Of a stretch of 64,000 nt of DNA, positions 56,245 to 64,000 are shown piece after piece (the stretch's first letter is position 1; each line of letters starts with the position of its first letter). The notes under the pieces are model-generated. The model saw nothing but the letters and a program-made list of their open reading frames with translations. It made no database searches and was not told where the DNA came from. Origin of the DNA: Nanobdellota archaeon (GTDB lineage Archaea > Nanobdellota > Nanobdellia > JAAOXT01); contig JAAOXT010000017.1 of assembly GCA_018221045.1 (NCBI GenBank), forward strand, positions 6,356 through 70,355. The letters are read 5' to 3'. Position numbers and translations under genes: made by a program.

Positions 56245-57225
56245 TTAGGCATGAACGGGAATTATTTTTTTGAAGTATTTCTTTAGAACTGTTAAGAATT
56301 TTTGGTTCATTTTTCTCGTGCCTATCCCGAGTCTGAGCCATTCAGGAAGGTCGTAAGCTACTTTGAGGGATATTTCTTGTTTTTGAAGCCATTCCCTGAG
56401 TTTCTCTCCTTTACCGACTTTTATGCATAGAAACGTTGTTCTCGAGTCATGTACCTGCAAGCCGAATTCTCTTATTTTTTCCGCCATATAATTTTTTTCT
56501 TCCTTGATTTTCTGCCAGTACTGGTGATAGTATTGTTCGTCTTTTATCGCTGACATCGCTGCTTCGACTGCAAGACTGTTGACCTCGAATTTGAAGTAAT
56601 TCTTGGTTTTTTCGATTATTTTAGGGTTGGCTATCGCGAACCCGAATCTTAGGCCTGCAAGGCCGTGGGTTTTTGAAAAGCTTCTGAGAACTATGAGGTT
56701 ATCATACTCTCTTACCCATGGAAGAACTGTTTCGCCGTGATAGTTAAAGTAGCATTCGTCAACGCAGACTAAACAATCGACGCTTTCAATTATTTTTCTC
56801 AGAATTGGGAGAGGTGCGTATCCTCCTGTCGGGTTGTTTGGGTTGGATAACCACAGGATTTTAGCGCCTTTGCAGGCGTTGATCACTTTTTCGTAGGGGA
56901 TTTGAAAATTGTTTTGGAAGCAGTCTACTTTTTCAATGAATACCTTGTTTCTAAGAGCTTGAACCGCATACATTGGAAAATCTGGTTTTAGGACGACAAC
57001 CTTGTCCCCCTCCTGCAGAAGGTCTTGTGATAGTATTGTTATCAGCTCGTTTGAGCCGTCGCCTACAAGAATCCAGTTTTCAGGATAGCCTGTGTATTCC
57101 TGAAGGGTTTGGTAGAGTTTTTCGTAGACGGGGTAATTGTTGACTTTTGAAGCGTTCTTTTTTATTGTTGAAATCACTAGTGGAGAGATGGGGAATTTGA
57201 ATTCGCACAATCTTAAGTCAAGCAT
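56245..57225 (-). CDS. class I/II pyridoxal-phosphate aminotransferase (histidinol-phosphate/aromatic aminotransferase-like)
   Basis: 'NPNNPTGG' and the PLP-lysine motif 'SFSKTHGLAGLRFGF' are present. Confidence 0.7.
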   Translation of the reverse strand: MLDLRLCEFKFPISPLVISTIKKNASKVNNYPVYEKLYQTLQEYTGYPENWILVGDGSNELITILSQDLLQEGDKVVVLKPDFPMYAVQALRNKVFIEKVDCFQNNFQIPYEKVINACKGAKILWLSNPNNPTGGYAPLPILRKIIESVDCLVCVDECYFNYHGETVLPWVREYDNLIVLRSFSKTHGLAGLRFGFAIANPKIIEKTKNYFKFEVNSLAVEAAMSAIKDEQYYHQYWQKIKEEKNYMAEKIREFGLQVHDSRTTFLCIKVGKGEKLREWLQKQEISLKVAYDLPEWLRLGIGTRKMNQKFLTVLKKYFKKIIPVHA

Positions 57226-57274
57226 TTAAGGGATTATATTATCGTACTTCGTATTATTTATTTGTTTTGCAGTT

Positions 57275-58453
57275 TTAACAGCAGTAGAGTTCTTCTGGTT
57301 TGCCTGGCTTGTTGCCGAAAGGGTTTCCTGTTCTGCGAATGTTCTGTATCATTTTCTTGTTCTTCGGGCTCTCAAGCATTGACCTTTTTTTTCTAATGAT
57401 TTTGAGTGCGTCAATCCTGACAGGACAGTTCTCTTTGCAAGCAAGGCAGGCCGTGCACGAGTACAGTTTCTTCCAATTTGTTTCTAATGCGAGCCCTTTT
57501 GGCCCGATATAATGGTTTCCAAAACCCGATAGTAATTGCTGGTAAGCCGGGCAATAATATAGGCAGGAACCGCAGCCCAAGCAAAGAAGTGCTTCGCTCA
57601 AACCTTTTTTTATCAAGTCTCGTCTCCCATTATCTAAGATTATTATGTGAACTTCTCTCGCTCCCTGCATCCCTGTCACCAATTTTTTCTGGACGTCAGC
57701 GGTCTTGCTCGGACCAGATATCACGTTCACGTAAGAAGCCATTCTTGACCCTGTTCCATAAATGGACAGCGCTTTCATGGTTTTCATGGCCTCCTCATTG
57801 CTCTCAACTATTTTGTCCAGGCTCGTGATTATCACATGTTTTTCAGGTATGCGGGACACGAGACCTATGTTACCTTCATTCTCCAGTATGAACACGCTTC
57901 CTTCACTCGTGACCGCGTTGGCCCCTGTTAACCCGACATCTGCTTCGAAGATTCTTGGACGGATTTGCTCGCGAACCCATTTCACGATGGCTTCAGGGGT
58001 GGCCTGAACTTCATCTTTTGTCTTCTCTTTTATTTTCTTCAATATTCGCTCAACACTTATAGCTATGGCTGGCGTGACAGGGTGTTCGGGTTCTTCATCG
58101 CACAGGCCGACTAAGTAGTCCCCGCAATCAGTTTCAATGACTTTGTTCTTTATTTTTTTTAGAAGTCCTGATTCCTTGATAACGTTGGACTTGCTCTTCG
58201 CAATCCTATCAGAAGGTTTCACTATTTTTTTGAATTGTTTTACGAGTTGAGCGGGTGTTCTAGCATGGTAAACTTGGAACCCGCTGGACTCCAAGTTTTT
58301 GACAGCTTTTTTCCACAATTGTTCAAGGTTTTTTATCGCGTTCTCCCTTATTGCTCGGAGTTCGTCCCGAAAAATTTCTTGGTCTATACCTTTCAACGCT
58401 TTTTTCTTGTTGGAAGCGTAAACTTTTTTGGCTGTTACGAGTTCTGGAATCAT
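57275..58453 (-). CDS. LutB-like Fe-S protein (LUD domain plus two 4Fe-4S ferredoxin motifs)
   Basis: 'GLTGANAVTSEGSVFILENEGN' is the LUD/DUF162 motif. 'CLGCGSCLYYCP' and 'CTACLACKENCP' are two CxxCxxCxxxCP clusters. Confidence 0.7.
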   Translation of the reverse strand: MIPELVTAKKVYASNKKKALKGIDQEIFRDELRAIRENAIKNLEQLWKKAVKNLESSGFQVYHARTPAQLVKQFKKIVKPSDRIAKSKSNVIKESGLLKKIKNKVIETDCGDYLVGLCDEEPEHPVTPAIAISVERILKKIKEKTKDEVQATPEAIVKWVREQIRPRIFEADVGLTGANAVTSEGSVFILENEGNIGLVSRIPEKHVIITSLDKIVESNEEAMKTMKALSIYGTGSRMASYVNVISGPSKTADVQKKLVTGMQGAREVHIIILDNGRRDLIKKGLSEALLCLGCGSCLYYCPAYQQLLSGFGNHYIGPKGLALETNWKKLYSCTACLACKENCPVRIDALKIIRKKRSMLESPKNKKMIQNIRRTGNPFGNKPGKPEELYCC

Positions 58454-59157
58454 TTGATTACCTCTATCAGTGCTTGACTGAATTCTTTCACTTTAACGGA
58501 AGGGTTATCAAGTCTTGCAGTGCATAACGGGCAAGTCGTGACAAGCATTTTGGCACGAGTTTTCTTAGCTTGTTTTAATCTTTCTTCGCTCATCTTGTCA
58601 CCCAGTTTTTTTCTGTTCGACGCGACTCCTGCTCCTCCACCACAGCATAGGGACTGGGCGTGGTGGTCTTGCATTTCGATTATGGTGTAACCCATTTTTT
58701 TAAGAATTGTTCTTGGGTCCTCGTAGAGTTGCGCGTACCTGCCGAGGTGGCAGGGGTCGTGATAAGTTACCCTGCCAGAAACTTTTTTGAGTTTCAGCTT
58801 ACCTTTCTTTATTGCTTTAAGCACAATAGTTGTTATGTACTCAACTTTCACGCCACGTTTTGGGAAGTGTTTCTCGTATTCTTTGAGCATGCCGTAGCAG
58901 GCCGGGCAGTTGGTGATTACTTTTTTGATTGAATAATCTTCGAATGTTTTAAGGTTTTTTTCAGCTAGTTTAAGGAAGTCTTTTTCGTAACCTGCGTTGA
59001 GTGGTGGGGACCCGCAACAAAATTGTTGTTCAAGCATGATGAAGTCGATTCCAGATTTCTCTAGAATTTTTTTGTAGTTATCTTCTATTTCAGGATAAAC
59101 TTTTTTGGTCAGGCATCCAGGAAAATACAGTGTGTTGCCTTTGAAAAGTTTGAACAT
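58450..59157 (-). CDS. LutA/HdrD-like protein with two cysteine-rich CCG domains
   Basis: 'QFCCGSPP' and 'SLCCGGGAG', together with 'CPACYG' and 'TTCPLCTARL', form two CCG-domain patterns. It overlaps LutB-like by 4 nt and the CcdA stop/start by 1 nt. Confidence 0.7.
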   Translation of the reverse strand: MFKLFKGNTLYFPGCLTKKVYPEIEDNYKKILEKSGIDFIMLEQQFCCGSPPLNAGYEKDFLKLAEKNLKTFEDYSIKKVITNCPACYGMLKEYEKHFPKRGVKVEYITTIVLKAIKKGKLKLKKVSGRVTYHDPCHLGRYAQLYEDPRTILKKMGYTIIEMQDHHAQSLCCGGGAGVASNRKKLGDKMSEERLKQAKKTRAKMLVTTCPLCTARLDNPSVKVKEFSQALIEVIK

Positions 59158-59158
59158 T

Positions 59159-60211
59159 TTAGAACCACCCTAATAGCATTCCTATTCCGAGGATTATCAT
59201 GAATGCTCCGAGAAGGAGTTTCATCCAGTTTCGTTTGCCCATCCTCCACTTCTCAAGTTTTTTCGTGCTCACTCCTACGTAAGCGAGCGCCATTATTATG
59301 AAGAGAGGTAAAACGAATATGATATTGTAGAGCATTAAATAAGGTATTGCCATGAAACCTGACCTTGCGAGCAAGCTTAAAATCGCGAGGTACACTCCTC
59401 CAGTGCATGGTAGCTCAAACATGGCTACGAGAAATCCCAAAACTATTGCTGCAGGCACGGTCGCTTTTCTTGAGAATTTAGAGATTATTCCTTTTCTGGA
59501 TTCAGGTATTTTGAGGCTTATTCCTTTCCCGTAGAAGAAGAAATCCTTCACGTTTATTATGCCGAAGATTATGGCTATCCAGGCCGCCACGTTATAAATA
59601 ATGAAGGTTAGCGAAGTTATTTTTTGTATGACCGTGAAGATCCCAATACCTGCGAGCAAGTACGTTATGAACACTGTTATAATGTAAACCGAACCTATCT
59701 TAATTATCTTTCTTCTGGAACCCAGAGAAATTATTGTTGAGAGAAGGAATATCATTACTGCGAAAGCGCATGGGTTTATGGAATCAATTATTGCTGCCGT
59801 GATGATTACGAAGAAAGTTAGCTCTTTTTGAGAGCTTGTGGTCCCGCCTTCTCCTCTTGACTGAATCATTCCTGACTGAATGCATTTTTCCACTTGTTCT
59901 GACAAGTTATTAATTATTATTCCTGGCCCCTGCAAATAACCTCTTTCCCCGTTACAGGTTATGATTATTAGCGGAACGCCATCATTGATTCCGAACTCGT
60001 CTAAAACGTTCAAATACTTCAAAGTATTAGTCTGGTTTCTTGATATTTCAAGTTCTGTCAAGTTGGGAATGTTGTTAAGGATTTGGGATGTTTGAACGTA
60101 AGCGCAACCATGGCATCCTAGCAAATGATAGAATTCTATGCTGACCATGTTATCCGCCAAGACTGGCGTGAAAACTAGTAAAAACGTTATTAGTGTTAAT
60201 TGTTTTCTCAT
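59159..60211 (-). CDS. CcdA/DsbD-family membrane thiol-disulfide transporter fused to an N-terminal extracytoplasmic CxxC thioredoxin-like domain
   Basis: A signal peptide is followed by 'FYHLLGCHGCAYV' (CxxC). A six-TM core then carries the two conserved Cys motifs 'INPCAF' and 'ELPCTGG'. Confidence 0.65.
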   Translation of the reverse strand: MRKQLTLITFLLVFTPVLADNMVSIEFYHLLGCHGCAYVQTSQILNNIPNLTELEISRNQTNTLKYLNVLDEFGINDGVPLIIITCNGERGYLQGPGIIINNLSEQVEKCIQSGMIQSRGEGGTTSSQKELTFFVIITAAIIDSINPCAFAVMIFLLSTIISLGSRRKIIKIGSVYIITVFITYLLAGIGIFTVIQKITSLTFIIYNVAAWIAIIFGIINVKDFFFYGKGISLKIPESRKGIISKFSRKATVPAAIVLGFLVAMFELPCTGGVYLAILSLLARSGFMAIPYLMLYNIIFVLPLFIIMALAYVGVSTKKLEKWRMGKRNWMKLLLGAFMIILGIGMLLGWF

Positions 60212-60381
60212 TAAGTATTTCCTTTGGCGTGAAACAATATTTAAATATTTGTTTCAGATATTGAAACTAAGAGTTTTATGAAGGAAGGACTGTTATTGAT
60301 GACGGTTATCACTGGCCTTGTTTTCTGATAAGAAGAAGAAAACAAAAGATCTGAATCTTTTGTTCTCAGTTTTGTCAGGGG

Positions 60382-60582
60382 ATGAAGAAAAACTGGCTAA
60401 AATCTTGGCAGAATAATGGAGGGGTTTTGAAGCAGTCCGAGCTGGTCAGGGTTTCTGGTTTGAGCGGGGTGAAGGTTAGCAGACTGGTTGATAAGATGAG
60501 TAAGAAAATTGTTGATAAGGAAACAAAAGGAAAGATTAACATAATAAAATTAAAAGAAGTTTTTCAAAAAAATTTAGTTTAG
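60382..60582 (+). CDS. small putative wHTH protein
   Basis: 66 aa. 'SELVRVSGLSGVKVSRLVDKM' is HTH-like. Confidence 0.3.
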   Translation: MKKNWLKSWQNNGGVLKQSELVRVSGLSGVKVSRLVDKMSKKIVDKETKGKINIIKLKEVFQKNLV

Positions 60583-60971
60583 TCTAAGAATTTTTTGATT
60601 ATTTCAGCCATTATTTTGAGTTCGTTTGAATCCGCTCTCTTAGCCCTGCTCGGGTCAAGTTCTCCTGCCCCAAATATTGGGATTAAGTGGACGTGCGCGT
60701 GAGGCACTCCGAACCCTTCTACTACCACACCTATTTTTTTGGCGCCAGTAGCTTTCTTGAGCGGAACAGCTAATCTCTTGGCTTTCAGGAATAGTTCTGA
60801 ATACTCCTTGTCTGATAAGTCAAAAATGTATTCTTCATGTTTTTTAGGGATTACCAGTGTGTGCCCAGGGTTCAGCGGGTTAGCGTCTAGAAAAGCCAAG
60901 TGTTTGTCATCTTCCCACACTTTATGCGCAGGGATTTCATCGTTTATTATTTTGCAGAAAATGCAGTTCAT
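60579..60971 (-). CDS. HIT-family hydrolase
   Basis: The histidine triad is 'HAHVHLIP'. The N-terminal 'MNCIFCKII' forms a zinc-binding CxxC. Confidence 0.8.
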   Translation of the reverse strand: MNCIFCKIINDEIPAHKVWEDDKHLAFLDANPLNPGHTLVIPKKHEEYIFDLSDKEYSELFLKAKRLAVPLKKATGAKKIGVVVEGFGVPHAHVHLIPIFGAGELDPSRAKRADSNELKIMAEIIKKFLD

Positions 60972-61038
60972 GGCATTTAATTATAAGTGGTCAGGTTATA
61001 AAATTTTTTATAAATACCTATTCTTTATTGTTATCATC

Positions 61039-61356
61039 ATGAATTTTGAAAAATTATCTAAAAGAATCAATGAATTGGAGAACAAAGTCAGGCAAAAATT
61101 ACCTCACGACCATCCGCAAATCATTTGCGCTTTGAAAGCGGTTGAAGAACTCGGCGAGGTCTCCGACCTTCTGGTCAGGAAATGGGTTGGGAGCCGAAAA
61201 GGAAAAGAGTTAGGGGCTGAAGAATTCAAGCAGAGGCTCGGCGAAGAGTTAAGTGACGTCATCATTCCTTTAATTCAAATAGCAACTTTTTATGGTATTG
61301 ATTTGGAAACAGCTATTGAAGAAAAAATAAGTGTGCACTTTAAGAATTGGGATTAA
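61039..61356 (+). CDS. MazG-like nucleotide pyrophosphohydrolase
   Basis: 'ALKAVEELGEVSDLL' and '...EELSDVIIPL' are EExxE-type MazG motifs. The start is set at the internal ATG at 61039, because the track ORF's upstream part is antisense to the HIT gene. Confidence 0.5.
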   Translation: MNFEKLSKRINELENKVRQKLPHDHPQIICALKAVEELGEVSDLLVRKWVGSRKGKELGAEEFKQRLGEELSDVIIPLIQIATFYGIDLETAIEEKISVHFKNWD

Positions 61357-61395
61357 CAAATGTTTTTAAAACAAGGCAAGTAATTAAAAAAGTAA

Positions 61396-63057
61396 ATGAT
61401 ACTCCTCGAATTGAAAGCCCGGGACGCTGGTGGCAGGATTTGCAAAGCCATAATAAATGGTAAAGAATTGGAGACTCCTGCGTTCTTACCCGTTATTAAC
61501 CCGAGAATTGACACGATTCCCGTTAAAGAATTGAAGGAGTTGGGCGTTCAAGCCTTGATAACTAATGCTTATTTCTTGTTGAAAAATCATGAGGACGAAC
61601 TGAAAAAGGGGGTTCACGACTTCTTAGGTTTTGACGGTGTAGTAATGCTGGACAGCGGAGCTTTCCAATTGATGCGTTACGGCAGCGTGAACGTCACGAA
61701 CCGTAAAATCATTGAGTTCCAGAAGAAGATTAAGCCAGACATTGGAGTAATCCTTGATGTGCCGGTAGCAAAACCTTCTCGAGAGGATTTCGAGCACGGG
61801 GTTAAAGAAACTTTAAAGCGCGCCAAGGAATGGAAAAAATTGGGTAAAGGAAGCGTTAACTGGGCTGGACCAGTGCATGGAGGTCCTTATGAAGACTTGT
61901 TGAAAAAAAGTGCTGTGCAAATGAGCAAGCTCGGCTTCGACATGTATTGTGTGGGCTCGCTCGTCCCAGCCATGGAAGAATATGATTTCAAGAGGATGGT
62001 TGACCAAGTTATAACCGCTAAAAAGAATTTGCCGTCCAACGTTCTGGTCCACGCTTTCGGCGCCGGACACCCCATGGTAATGCCCTTACTCGCCCTGCTC
62101 GGAATCGACTTGTTTGATTCCGCGAGTTACGCCATATTCGCCAAGGAAAATAGGTACATAACTGAAAGAGGAACTATTAAACTGAAGGATTTGCGAGAAT
62201 TTCCCTGCAACTGCCCTTCCTGCTTCAACAAGAAGCCTGAAGACTTAAAAGAGCCGGGTTTAGCGAGGCATAACTTGTATGTTATCTTGGCGGAGGTTCG
62301 CAGGATTAAACAAGCAATCCACACTGGAAGGTTGTGGGAACTCGTGCTGGAAAGAGCCATGGTTCACCCTGCTTTGCTGGAAGCCACCAAGCATGTCTTG
62401 GAAAATCATTACGAATACTTTTTGGATAAGGACCCTTTGACCAAGCGAAAAGCTTTCTTTTACGCTGGAGAGGTTTCGAGCTACAGGCCAGCCATCGTCA
62501 GAGCTAGCCAAAAATTTCCTGGCCAAGTGCCTTCAGCTTTAAGGATTGTTTATCCTTTCGGCCAGTTTGAAGGAGAACAAGTGTTCGATTTTGATGACGA
62601 GTTGTACACCGAACTGGAAACTTTGCGTTTAATAGGGGATTATTGGTTCGGCAAAAGTGCAGGAAAAAAATTGTTTCCCAAAAAGTGTTGGATAAAGTAC
62701 ACTCGAACTGGCAGGATTCACCAAGTCTTTCTAAATGAAGATTTGTTAGGAGTGCTTAGGACGAGTGACGGGTACTTCGCTCTGCACAGGGCGGGCGCGT
62801 TGAGGTTGAAGACTAAATTGAAGAAAGTTGTTGTCAAAAAAGACGCAGAATCCTTCGTGCTGGAGGGCAGGAACGCGTTGGCTAGGTTCGTGAAAAAAGT
62901 TGGTAAAGGGGTTTTGCCAGGGGATAGCGTGCTGGTCACGAATTCTCGCGGCAAATTTTTGGGGGTGGGTGAAGCCCTGCTTAACAGCGAGGAAATGCTG
63001 GAATTCAACTACGGGAACGCTGTCAAAGTCAGGGAAGGTTTTGAGAAACCTGTGTGA
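61396..63057 (+). CDS. tRNA-guanine transglycosylase family protein with a C-terminal PUA domain (archaeosine pathway, TgtA/ArcS-like)
   Basis: A TGT TIM barrel is present, with the zinc site 'CNCPSCF...H'. The C-terminal PUA-like region is 'GDSVLVTNSRGKFLGVGEAL'. The protein is 553 aa. Confidence 0.7.
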   Translation: MILLELKARDAGGRICKAIINGKELETPAFLPVINPRIDTIPVKELKELGVQALITNAYFLLKNHEDELKKGVHDFLGFDGVVMLDSGAFQLMRYGSVNVTNRKIIEFQKKIKPDIGVILDVPVAKPSREDFEHGVKETLKRAKEWKKLGKGSVNWAGPVHGGPYEDLLKKSAVQMSKLGFDMYCVGSLVPAMEEYDFKRMVDQVITAKKNLPSNVLVHAFGAGHPMVMPLLALLGIDLFDSASYAIFAKENRYITERGTIKLKDLREFPCNCPSCFNKKPEDLKEPGLARHNLYVILAEVRRIKQAIHTGRLWELVLERAMVHPALLEATKHVLENHYEYFLDKDPLTKRKAFFYAGEVSSYRPAIVRASQKFPGQVPSALRIVYPFGQFEGEQVFDFDDELYTELETLRLIGDYWFGKSAGKKLFPKKCWIKYTRTGRIHQVFLNEDLLGVLRTSDGYFALHRAGALRLKTKLKKVVVKKDAESFVLEGRNALARFVKKVGKGVLPGDSVLVTNSRGKFLGVGEALLNSEEMLEFNYGNAVKVREGFEKPV

Positions 63058-63119
63058 AAATCTAATAGAAGAAAATAAAAAGAAAGAAAGAGATAACGTT
63101 TTATCTGATTCTTATTAGT

Positions 63120-63764
63120 TTAGTACTTTCCGAGACCTGCCCCTGCTGGTGACACGTATTGCTGTCCGTGTAATCCTGCACAAGGATCGTTCTCTACTTG
63201 CTGGATGATTGCAAAAGCTCCCCAGATTACTTCACCGATTTCTACGCCATCTGCTGTGTACCACACACTATCTGTCTTTACAGCATCTGCTGGGACTGCA
63301 ACAATCTTCACAAAGTAGTTCCACTTGCAAGTCTCACCATTCAATTCGTATTCCCCGCTCTGATGGTTAGTCAACCAAGCGCCTGAACCGATATAACTGT
63401 CGTAGCCATAGTATCTATCCAACAAATCATTATCGTCACAATCTTTGTTGCTTAACCACGCGTCGTTCCATTTCATGGCCAACTTAACGTCTACATACTG
63501 TTGGCACCACTCAGCGTTCCTGTACGCGTCACAGTAATATCCGTTAAACATGTTTCCTTGGTAGTTGTATCCCCACTCGTCGAAACCAGTTGTGATTACT
63601 CGTCCATCTGATGTTAACAAAGTCCCGTCTTGAATGGTTGTGCATGATTTTGCTGTTCCTTCACCGTGTTTGCCTTTATCGGCAGAAACAACGCCAATAG
63701 CTGTTAGCATTACCAAGCCAAAAACCAAACCTGTTAAATACAAAAAGTTTTTTTTCTTTTTCAT
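63120..63764 (-). CDS. secreted cysteine-containing protein of unknown function
   Basis: The N-terminal 'MKKKKNFLYLTGLVFGLVMLTAIGVVSA' is a signal peptide. Eight cysteines and many W/Y/N/D residues follow. GC is higher than the surrounding sequence. Confidence 0.45.
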   Translation of the reverse strand: MKKKKNFLYLTGLVFGLVMLTAIGVVSADKGKHGEGTAKSCTTIQDGTLLTSDGRVITTGFDEWGYNYQGNMFNGYYCDAYRNAEWCQQYVDVKLAMKWNDAWLSNKDCDDNDLLDRYYGYDSYIGSGAWLTNHQSGEYELNGETCKWNYFVKIVAVPADAVKTDSVWYTADGVEIGEVIWGAFAIIQQVENDPCAGLHGQQYVSPAGAGLGKY

Positions 63765-63905
63765 TTGATATAACCTCTATTAATTGGTATATCTTTATCT
63801 GTATGACCTCTATTAAATTAATTTGTATAATTCTTACCAATAATGAATTAAGATTAAGTCATTATTTAAAATAAAAAAAAAATTAAAGAAAAGAATAATT
63901 AATTT

Positions 63906-64000
63906 TATTCTTCTTCTGCAAAAGCTTTAATTGCTTCAATGTTTTCAACGATTAACTTGGCTTTTGTTTTGCCGAAACTAAAAGGGTACTTTGAGTCGTT
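63906..64000 (-). CDS. C-terminal fragment of a gene extending beyond the window (...KAKLIVENIEAIKAFAEEE*)
   Basis: The frame is open from 64000 down to the TAA stop at 63906-63908. Confidence 0.3.

Noticed and set aside
63780-63835. 11-bp direct repeat ACCTCTATTAA(T/A)T occurring twice upstream of the secreted-protein gene
   Set aside because: It is short, AT-rich and inside a promoter-like region. It most likely reflects TATA/BRE-like promoter sequence rather than a distinct element.
1-64000. CRISPR arrays, rRNA, RNase P/SRP RNA, transposases and restriction-modification systems
   Set aside because: I scanned the intergenic regions for regular direct repeats and for conserved rRNA, RNase P or SRP motifs and found none. 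The only methyltransferase (48395..49051) is a small class I SAM MTase without a partner endonuclease.

Overview
This 64 kb window is low-GC and densely packed with genes on both strands. It reads as archaeal: it encodes TBP, aIF2-gamma, aIF5B, Pelota and ribosomal proteins S6e, L7Ae, S28e and L24e. Two of its three tRNAs carry introns, and it contains a LAGLIDADG intein and archaeal-type ProRS, GluRS, CysRS and RNase J. Coding is mostly housekeeping: translation, a glycolysis/gluconeogenesis trio (apgM, ppsA, eno), and a large set of nucleotide-salvage and nucleotide-sanitation genes (dCTP deaminase/dUTPase-family, ThyX, dCMP deaminase, nucleoside phosphorylase, NUDIX, YjjX, MazG, HIT). Small proteins and a compact gene set hint at a small-genome, DPANN-like archaeon, but that is inference.

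I identified three tRNAs by hand from the sequence:
- tRNA-Leu(UAA), minus strand, 2101-2244, with a roughly 60-nt intron.
- tRNA-Glu(CUC), minus strand, 14453-14576, with a roughly 48-nt intron.
- tRNA-Cys(GCA), plus strand, 30933-31003, 5 nt upstream of cysS.

No rRNA, CRISPR array or recognisable transposase or integrase is present.

The most unusual region is a compositionally atypical 2.9 kb cassette at about 11.54-14.44 kb. It holds four co-oriented small genes, one of them a GXGXXG beta-helix (GltB C-terminal/FwdC-like) protein. It is bracketed by a pair of 32-bp inverted repeats and sits directly beside tRNA-Glu.

Other points worth a second look:
- A 403-aa LAGLIDADG intein splits a PHP-domain (EndoQ-like) nuclease gene.
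- A tight operon links LutA/LutB-like CCG/Fe-S disulfide-reductase-type proteins to a CcdA membrane thiol transporter that carries an N-terminal CxxC thioredoxin-like ectodomain.
- A ThyX has a C-terminal partial second ThyX domain that supplies the HExxEH motif missing from the first domain.
- A histone-fold protein carries a K/E-rich N-terminal tail.
- An unannotated L24e small ORF and an extra gene sit inside the L7Ae-S28e-L24e operon.
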